A DNA stretch of 64,000 nt from a bacterium (lineage in GTDB: Bacteria; SAR324; NAC60-12). Location of the stretch: the NCBI GenBank assembly GCA_965233585.1, contig CBDDTI010000747.1, forward strand, positions 416,001 through 480,000, read 5' to 3'. Positions 63,432-64,000 of the stretch are shown piece by piece. Below the pieces are notes generated by a model. The model saw only the letters and a program-made list of their open reading frames with translations. It did no database searches and was not told where the DNA came from. Position 1 is the first letter of the stretch, and every line of letters begins with the position of its first letter. Made by a program: the position numbers and the translations under genes.

Positions 63432-64000
63432 GTGTGCCAGACACAAATTAACTTTCCTCACAAATCTCCTCGCCAATTCATGACGGGTTTTTTAGTCCAT
63501 TGGCTTCACAAAAGAGGACTTTCTTTTGAAGACTCCCAGAACATTGCGGCACATGTCAAATCTTGCCTTCACAATCAACAAGAGATTGAGGTCAAAACAT
63601 TGAAAGGTTTGATTGAACAACAAATCACAACCTTCAAAGGCAAAGACACGTTTCTCAAATTGAAGTATTCTTCACTGCCGCATGAAGACGTTCAAGTGCA
63701 ATATGCCAGCACCACAGGTCCCTTTTCGCGTGCTTTCTTAGCAAGGTCTTTGATTGCCTCTTCTATTGAGCCAAATCGGGCGTATGAGATGGCTCAAGAC
63801 ATCTATCATGCACTTTCTGAAAAACGTTCTGTCATCAACCACCGAGAGTTGTATGATTTGGTGTTTCAGAAAATAGTCAGTGAATACGGGGACGATTCTG
63901 CAATGCTTTACCAAACAGCCAACGAAATCAAACATCTTAACAAACCCTTACTGATTTATATTGGAGGCACTGTTGGCATTGGCAAGTCCACACTGGCAGC
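63432..64000 (+). CDS. 2-phosphoglycerate kinase-like protein (ATP-cone-like segments + P-loop), cut by the window edge
   Basis: Open frame not in the ORF track: PFSRAFLARSL...AYEMAQDI...PLLIYIGGTVGIGKSTLA. Confidence 0.7.
   Translation, partial: MCQTQINFPHKSPRQFMTGFLVHWLHKRGLSFEDSQNIAAHVKSCLHNQQEIEVKTLKGLIEQQITTFKGKDTFLKLKYSSLPHEDVQVQYASTTGPFSRAFLARSLIASSIEPNRAYEMAQDIYHALSEKRSVINHRELYDLVFQKIVSEYGDDSAMLYQTANEIKHLNKPLLIYIGGTVGIGKSTLA

Overview
This 64 kb window is AT-rich bacterial DNA. Gram-negative markers are lpxB, lnt and sbmA/bacA; finer taxonomy cannot be fixed from the sequence. Housekeeping blocks hold ugd, nirK, fbaA, mtnN, ilvD, a TRAM RNA methyltransferase, galT, leuCD, ABC transporters and lpxB. 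Two plastic islands (about 16.6-29.0 kb and 52.5-59.0 kb) share one architecture: clusters of GTCATT...AATC palindromic REP-like repeats, surface lipoproteins with swappable or hypervariable C-terminal domains, a near-identical coiled-coil + PD-(D/E)XK gene, and an IS1-family element. Five lipoprotein genes carry a poly-G tract near their 5' end; by codon counting three are out of frame (OFF) and two in frame (ON). The best candidate for an undescribed system is this REP-embedded, apparently phase-variable, modular lipoprotein repertoire. Other highlights are a MarR repressor fused to a eukaryotic-type glutathione synthetase behind duplicated YceI-like genes with a palindromic operator, and an unannotated leader at 44.5-44.7 kb with a six-Cys sORF and a perfect anti-SD sequence. 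Several genes break off at REP remnants. All family calls come from motif recognition, not database searches.
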